Below, in pieces: positions 42,681 to 47,494 of a DNA stretch of 47,494 bases; position 1 is the stretch's first letter, and every line of letters begins with the position of its first letter. A model generated the notes under the pieces. The model had not been told where the DNA came from, did not search any database, and was given only the letters and a program-made list of their open reading frames with translations. The stretch lies in NCBI RefSeq assembly GCF_036446775.1, contig NZ_JAZFTO010000315.1, positions 1-47,494 on the forward strand. Reading direction: 5' to 3'. Origin of the DNA: Candidatus Desulfatibia sp. GTDB taxonomy: Bacteria > Desulfobacterota > Desulfobacteria > Desulfobacterales > UBA11574. A program made the position numbers and the translations under genes.

Positions 42681-42754
42681 AATAGTTGTCGATATTCTTT
42701 CGATTAACGCTTAACAAATAATTTTCAATTGCGCATTATTGCTCAAGTGGTTTA

Positions 42755-42810
42755 AGTATCGAGTATCGAGCATCAAGCATCAAGTATCGAGCATCAAGTA
42801 TCAAGTATCA
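42755..42810. repeat. Eight in-phase heptamer repeats AG(T/C)ATC(G/A)
   Basis: agtatcg agtatcg agcatca agcatca agtatcg agcatca agtatca agtatca. The last unit overlaps the stop codon of the ExeA-like gene. The array lies upstream of the FG-GAP/Wza gene. Confidence 0.8.
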
Positions 42811-43605
42811 TTCCAGATCCTCTATGGCATGCTTGACAATCTTCTTGTCGATAACCCGGACTTTCATCATCATACCGATCAGCAGGCTGCGTTCGCATAC
42901 GTTGTTTATCCTGAGCGGTATTCCTGCGGCGTAATTATAAACCGATTTGACCGCCTCTTTTGAAAAGATGCCCCGTACAGCCCCGGCCTTTTCGAGGCGA
43001 AATAATATATAGCGTATCGTATCTTGAAGATCCATGGGACTCAAATCGTATTTAATCGCAATTCTTTCTTTCAGGGGCTTAAGATTAGCAATCTTTTCTT
43101 TTAACGGAAGCTGTCCTATTAAGATCAAAGTAACCAGAAATTGGTTGTCAGATTGTAAATTGAGCAGCATTCTCAGTTCTTCAAAACTGGATGGATCCTT
43201 AATAAGATGGGCCTCATCAATAATCAGGACGGTAATTAAGTTCTGCTGAAAATTTTTTGAAAGCCTTTTCTTAAGCCGTTCTAACAGAATGGTTTTGGAA
43301 TCTTCATCAGCTGTTTCTTCCATTGCCAGCAAAATGGCCCGTAAGAAATCGACGGAGTTTAAATCCGGATTGACGATGGTTGTAACTTCAAAACGATCTT
43401 TTGAGAGGTGGTTTATTAATACCTGACTGACCGTGGTTTTCCCGGAGCCTACTTCACCTGTCAGCATAGCGGCCCCTTTACGGTGTTCAACAGCGTATAA
43501 TAGACGAATAAGCGCCTCTTCGTGTGGATTCGATTTAAAAAATAAGTTGCGGTCAGGAACATTTTTAAAGGGTTCTTCTTTGAAATTCCAATATTCTAAA
43601 TACAT
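42808..43605 (-). CDS. ExeA/GspA-like AAA ATPase (AAA_22-type)
   Basis: 265 aa. MYLEYWNFKEEPFKNVPD (ExeA-type N-terminus), Walker A GEVGSGKTT, Walker B VLIIDEAH. Confidence 0.8.
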   Translation of the reverse strand: MYLEYWNFKEEPFKNVPDRNLFFKSNPHEEALIRLLYAVEHRKGAAMLTGEVGSGKTTVSQVLINHLSKDRFEVTTIVNPDLNSVDFLRAILLAMEETADEDSKTILLERLKKRLSKNFQQNLITVLIIDEAHLIKDPSSFEELRMLLNLQSDNQFLVTLILIGQLPLKEKIANLKPLKERIAIKYDLSPMDLQDTIRYILFRLEKAGAVRGIFSKEAVKSVYNYAAGIPLRINNVCERSLLIGMMMKVRVIDKKIVKHAIEDLE

Positions 43606-43674
43606 TAAAATTCGCCCTTGAAGTAGTTTTCTATTTGTTAGAATTATCCATCTTGTGGCAGAAATTTTATATTA

Positions 43675-43754
43675 ATCACGAAAACACGAAAGATGGAAAG
43701 CACGAAATTTAAATTTAATTTACAAATGTTTTTCGTGTTTTCGAGATTTCGTGA
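43675..43754. repeat. Inverted pair of octamer arrays (CACGAAAN)
   Basis: atcacgaaaacacgaaagatggaaagcacgaaat (43675-43708) against gtttttcgtgttttcgagatttcgtgat (43727-43754). It lies between the HD-GYP/SPOR gene stop and the ExeA-like gene start. Confidence 0.7.
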
Positions 43755-43771
43755 TAATTTTTTCTTCCGGG

Positions 43772-45886
43772 TTAGCGCTCGACTATTTTACTTTCAATAC
43801 CGTCTGCGAGCAAATCAGCATATTGGTCTTCAGCACCCTTGTGAGTGTAAAAAGCCCCTACGTATAAGTAAAATATGTTATTTGATCCTTTAACCACATA
43901 AGGCGAAAAACCCTCTTTCGAAATCAGCTTAATTTGGTCATTTACCGTCGTTTCAGATCGATAGGTGCCGATCAATGTTGCATATTTGGTCTTTTTTATT
44001 GCCGCCCCTTTTAACTTGCTTGCTTTTATTACCTTCCCGGCCTGTTTGACATTATCGAAATAACCCGTGAAGATCCGGTACCATACACCTTTATCCCCCA
44101 GATCAACCTTCACCCAGTACGGCGATAAACCTTTTTCTCGATAAATTGCAAGGGTTTTATCAGCTTTTTGACGGCTGCGAAAAGCGTCAAGTCTTATTGA
44201 ATACGGGTATAACCGTTTTGTCGATACGCTCTCCATTCCGTATTTACTGGATGTTTCCAATGATTCTTTGTCAGGTAGCGGACCAATAGAGATGGATTCT
44301 CGTTCTTTATTAAAAACCGATTCCTCGGAAGTAACGGCTCCTGTCACGGAACTTTTTGGGGTAGCCTTTCCCACAATTGCCTTATTGCTGCTCCTAAGGT
44401 CTTTCGAATCAGGTATTTGAGAAGCAGCCGGCTTTTGTTGAGCAACTTCTTTCTGCACTTCACTCTTATTTATCGACGGCAGGGAGATATCTACAGGTTC
44501 TTTTAAAAGAGTACTACCCGGTTTCGTTTTCATTACAGACGTTTGCAATTTGCCTGCATCTAAAGGTTTTGAATCTTTGTTTCCAAGTTGGATGATCAGG
44601 CCTGTAGCCAGTAAGGCTATCCCCCCGATTAGCAGGACAGCTTTAAACCAGCCGACTTTTTGTTCCCGGCCCGTTCGTTCTTCCTTTTCTTGCATCTCAG
44701 GAGAGAACTCATCAGCACTAAACGTAGCCTCCTCTTGCATAGAATGAAGGTCATCACTTTTTTGCACACGCTCTGCCCGGGCCCGTGTTTTACTGTCAGG
44801 ACCCTCAGAGGGTGACTGCAACTCTTCATCAGAAACAGAATCAACAATGTACAATAGCTGATCATCGGGAAGGTTTATGATGCGTTCCGTCAAAACTCGC
44901 CTTTGCTGGGAATCAAATACAATCTGAACCCTGGGCCTCATAGGTTGATCAGGATAAGTCTCTATCACTTTGCAGACGGCGTTTGAGTTCAGCTTGACAT
45001 AGCTATGTAATGGAAAGATTGAAAAGATATTTAAAAGGGCTTTAAGATGCTTTCGCTGAAAAAGATTTTTACCTGTCTTGATGATCTCTTTTACGGCAAT
45101 AAAATGGAGAAATTTTTCCCTTTGCGGCCTGGAATGAATGAGAGCCTCGTACATATCGACAAGCCCGATGATTTGTGCATACTCGTGAATCTCATCACCT
45201 TTTAAACCTTGCGGATATCCGGATCCATCCAGCCTTTCATTTACTTGAGCGGCACACTCTGCCAAATAGGGATAATCATCCCCAAAAGCCTTCAAAATCT
45301 TGTAGGAATAATTGGAACGTTCCTTGAAAATTTTGAATTCAGCCTCGCTCAGTTTCTGTTGTTTATAAATAAGCTTTTCGGGAATAATGGCCATGCCTAT
45401 ATCGTGCAGCAGGCCCGCCATACCGATCTCAACCTGCCTGTCTTTGCTCAAGCCAAGATTATCCGCCATCTTAATGGCGTAAATGGCCACATTGACGTTG
45501 TTGAGAATAACATATTTAAGGGGATCATCAAGGTGAAGGGCTTCGATAAAAAGGGAGTCTTGAAAAGATTGCATTTCAACCATTTCCCGAATGATTTGAA
45601 AACCCGGATCAAGTGAAAACATCTTGCGCCGTTTGACGGCTTCAAAAGCCTGCTTCAGATAAGCGGCTGACTTTTCATAAAGGACTTTCCCGCTCACACC
45701 GATCTGGTCTTTATCAGAAGCTTTTTTTTCAGAAACGACCTTATCCGCGGAAAGCGCTTTCTTTTGTTCAGCAGCAAGTTTTCGGAAACTTAATCGAGAA
45801 TTGCCTTTAGATTCGTCCCTTTTCTTTTTGGGGATTGGCTTGGTTGAACTGATATTATCGTTATTTATGTCACTGAATTTCACCAT
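43772..45886 (-). CDS. Membrane protein: degenerate HD-GYP domain, single TM, low-complexity linker, two SPOR domains
   Basis: 704 aa. LLHDIGMA and ...NERLDGSGYPQGL (HD-GYP). TM helix WFKAVLLIGGIALLATGLIIQL. Two C-terminal SPOR-like units (YSIRLDAFRSRQKADKTLAIYREKGLSPYWVKVDLGDKGVWYRIFTGYF and YATLIGTYRSETTVNDQIKLISKEGFSPYVVKG..IFYLYVGAF). Confidence 0.75.
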   Translation of the reverse strand: MVKFSDINNDNISSTKPIPKKKRDESKGNSRLSFRKLAAEQKKALSADKVVSEKKASDKDQIGVSGKVLYEKSAAYLKQAFEAVKRRKMFSLDPGFQIIREMVEMQSFQDSLFIEALHLDDPLKYVILNNVNVAIYAIKMADNLGLSKDRQVEIGMAGLLHDIGMAIIPEKLIYKQQKLSEAEFKIFKERSNYSYKILKAFGDDYPYLAECAAQVNERLDGSGYPQGLKGDEIHEYAQIIGLVDMYEALIHSRPQREKFLHFIAVKEIIKTGKNLFQRKHLKALLNIFSIFPLHSYVKLNSNAVCKVIETYPDQPMRPRVQIVFDSQQRRVLTERIINLPDDQLLYIVDSVSDEELQSPSEGPDSKTRARAERVQKSDDLHSMQEEATFSADEFSPEMQEKEERTGREQKVGWFKAVLLIGGIALLATGLIIQLGNKDSKPLDAGKLQTSVMKTKPGSTLLKEPVDISLPSINKSEVQKEVAQQKPAASQIPDSKDLRSSNKAIVGKATPKSSVTGAVTSEESVFNKERESISIGPLPDKESLETSSKYGMESVSTKRLYPYSIRLDAFRSRQKADKTLAIYREKGLSPYWVKVDLGDKGVWYRIFTGYFDNVKQAGKVIKASKLKGAAIKKTKYATLIGTYRSETTVNDQIKLISKEGFSPYVVKGSNNIFYLYVGAFYTHKGAEDQYADLLADGIESKIVER

Positions 45887-45985
45887 GGAAGTTATCCTGA
45901 TGACTAATAATTAAGAAACTATTTTATATATAATTTATCTATCTTGTATGTCAATAATAATTAAACGCAATATATAGTGTTATAA

Positions 45986-46083
45986 GGTTCAAGGTTCTGC
46001 GTTCCGGGTTTTGCGTTGAACCTCTGAACCCTGAACTTTTGAACCTCTCAACCCTAAACATTTCAACCTCTGAACGCTGTAAC
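45986..46083. repeat. GGTTCA/TGAACC-array element (compact copy)
   Basis: ggttcaaggttctgcgttccgggttttgc, then gttgaacctctgaaccctgaacttttgaacctctcaaccctaaacatttcaacctctgaacgctgtaac. Confidence 0.6.
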
Positions 46084-46109
46084 TTACGACGTCTATACAT
46101 AGATCTAGA

Positions 46110-47270
46110 TTAGTTGTTTTTCCTATCCAAAGAACGGCCGCGTCTTTCCAGAATCGTGATTAATAAAACCAAAATAGTTGCCTGAGCTATCAATAATAGG
46201 GCATCCACAGGCCTTGCGTTGCGAAGAACAACCGCACTGGCTCCCAGACAGAGACTCATCAAATAGATAAAAAGAACACTTTTCCTCTGTCCACCTAAAA
46301 CAACGGCCAGTCTGTGATGGAGGTGGTCTTTGCCCACATAATCAAGCCACTGCCGAAAATTGGCCACTTTACCTGATATGATGCGATCCACCGTGATATA
46401 CACCATATCGAAAATCAAGACCCAAAATATCAGAAGTGGCGATGCCAGCGCCTTTACAGGACTACCTGTCGCCCACTCGCCATAGACCGCCACACTCGCT
46501 AAAATAAAACCGATAACGGTACTGCCCCCATCTCCCAGAAAAATGGCGGCTCTGCCTTTTTTTAATAAGTTATACGGCAAAAATCCGATGCAGCTCCCCA
46601 TCATGGCTACGGCAACCCAGCCTAAAAATGGTTGTTGAGTCTGAAATGCGACTATTCCCAAAAAAAAAGCAATGATAACGCCCAATCCGGCAGCCATACC
46701 ATCCATACCATCAAAAAAATTCATGGCATTGGTGATTCCGATAAGCCAGAAAAGGGTTAATGCTACGTTGCCCACCTGTGAAAAGATACCCAGGTAGTCG
46801 GGAATAACGCGCAGAACAACTCCAAAGCTCATTACCAGCACTGCGCATAAAATTTGGGCCACAAGTTTGATTTTGGCGGAGATTTCTTTGAAGTCATCCA
46901 CGACCCCAATAACAAAGAGCAGACACGACGCTGTCAGGATCGCCCCAAGCTTGGGGGAATAAATGCCGTTTATCATGATGGCCGCCAAAAAAGCACTGAA
47001 AACAGCCGCACCTCCCAGCAGGGGCGTAGCTTCCTGATGAATTTTTCTGGCATCCGGCCGGTCAAGGATGCCCAGCCGGTGGGAAAGCCATATAGCCGGC
47101 GGTGTCAGGCAAAAAGAGAGTGTAAATGATATGAAAAGCACATAGGCCCACCTCCATCCCATATAAATAAAGACTTTGCGACTTTGCGGTATTAGAAGAA
47201 CAACATTCAATATCAATACAGGAATGTAACTGCGCCACCATATTCCCCTGACATTATTTATGCTGCTCAC
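46110..47270 (-). CDS. Polyprenyl-phosphate sugar-1-phosphate transferase (MraY/WecA family, glycosyltransferase family 4)
   Basis: 386 aa with a GTG start, about 10-11 TM helices. NAMNFFDGMDGMAAG and VVDDFKE motifs are typical of WecA/WbpL-type initiating transferases. Confidence 0.85.
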   Translation of the reverse strand: MSSINNVRGIWWRSYIPVLILNVVLLIPQSRKVFIYMGWRWAYVLFISFTLSFCLTPPAIWLSHRLGILDRPDARKIHQEATPLLGGAAVFSAFLAAIMINGIYSPKLGAILTASCLLFVIGVVDDFKEISAKIKLVAQILCAVLVMSFGVVLRVIPDYLGIFSQVGNVALTLFWLIGITNAMNFFDGMDGMAAGLGVIIAFFLGIVAFQTQQPFLGWVAVAMMGSCIGFLPYNLLKKGRAAIFLGDGGSTVIGFILASVAVYGEWATGSPVKALASPLLIFWVLIFDMVYITVDRIISGKVANFRQWLDYVGKDHLHHRLAVVLGGQRKSVLFIYLMSLCLGASAVVLRNARPVDALLLIAQATILVLLITILERRGRSLDRKNN

Positions 47271-47494
47271 TTTTTTCCTCCTTGGATGTGGTAATCAGCT
47301 CCTTTATCACCCGATTAACATCTTCTTCAGTAAGGGATGGATATATAGGAATGGATAAAGACTCCTTCCAAGCCTTTTCTGTTCGAGGAAATCCCTTCAA
47401 GCCTAAATACTGATGAAGGGGCCGGTAAACCGGCCTGGCACACCCGATCCCTTCTCCCTTAAGTTTTCTAATCCAGGAACTGGAATCGGTTCCC
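47254..47494 (-). CDS. DegT/DnrJ/EryC1/StrS-family aminotransferase, C-terminal fragment (start lies beyond the window end)
   Basis: Not in the ORF track. Reverse translation gives ...GTDSSSWIRKLKGEGIGCARPVYRPLHQYLGLKGFPRTEKAWKESLSIPIYPSLTEEDVNRVIKELITTSKEEKSEQHK*. This is the characteristic C-terminal pattern (GIG....Y.P.H......FP..E......LS(L/I)P..P.LT.EDV..V). The stop at 47256-47254 overlaps the WecA-like GTG by 17 nt. Confidence 0.7.
   Translation of the reverse strand, partial: GTDSSSWIRKLKGEGIGCARPVYRPLHQYLGLKGFPRTEKAWKESLSIPIYPSLTEEDVNRVIKELITTSKEEKSEQHK

Noticed and set aside
42755-42810. CRISPR array, considered for this and the other tandem arrays
   Set aside because: The units are 7-8 nt with no unique spacers, and there are no cas genes. 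The arrays are short simple-sequence or STRR-like repeats.

Overview
Chromosomal window from a Gram-negative anaerobe. The gene content suggests Desulfobacterota, but that is inference only. I found no rRNA, tRNA, CRISPR array, integrase or transposase by eye.

Layout:
- 1-486: edge of a type I R-M locus (hsdM N-terminus plus a YgiT/MqsA-type zinc-finger gene).
- 837-4791: a first polysaccharide export pair (Wza-like, Wzc-like tyrosine autokinase).
- 4.9-31 kb: a housekeeping block with ferredoxin, tmk, YhaM-like HD nuclease, surE, lptD, NusG paralogue, IHF, holB, PSP1/RicT, metG, a DegT aminotransferase plus Fe-ADH pair (KdnA/KdnB-like), a 1254-aa GlmS-like protein, pyrG, eno, yjbQ and a U32 peptidase.
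- 31.07-36.53 kb: the most interesting part, a compact RiPP-like cluster not obviously matching a described class. It holds a Tat-signal PqqD/RRE protein, a second PqqD, radical SAM/SPASM no. 1, an HPr-kinase-like P-loop protein, a 132-aa precursor (YxxPxLxxxG leader plus nine Cys-containing Gly/Ala/Ser/Thr-rich modules), then convergently an NTP_transf_5-like nucleotidyltransferase and radical SAM/SPASM no. 2.
- 36.5-47.5 kb: the last two genes are packed directly against a second exopolysaccharide operon. This has an O-antigen-ligase/Wzy_C-like protein, a second Wzc-like kinase, an FG-GAP propeller fused to a Wza-type exporter, an ExeA-like ATPase, a degenerate HD-GYP/SPOR membrane protein, a WecA-like initiating transferase and a DegT aminotransferase.

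Almost every longer intergenic gap is filled with structured repeats. These are inverted pairs of 7-8-nt tandem arrays (GGTTCA-type, GTTATTN, ACGGACN, AGYATCR, CACGAAAN), AATT-stem hairpins, and a small element present twice, once with a nested 84-bp insertion.

All calls rest on reading the translations and the DNA. No searches were run.
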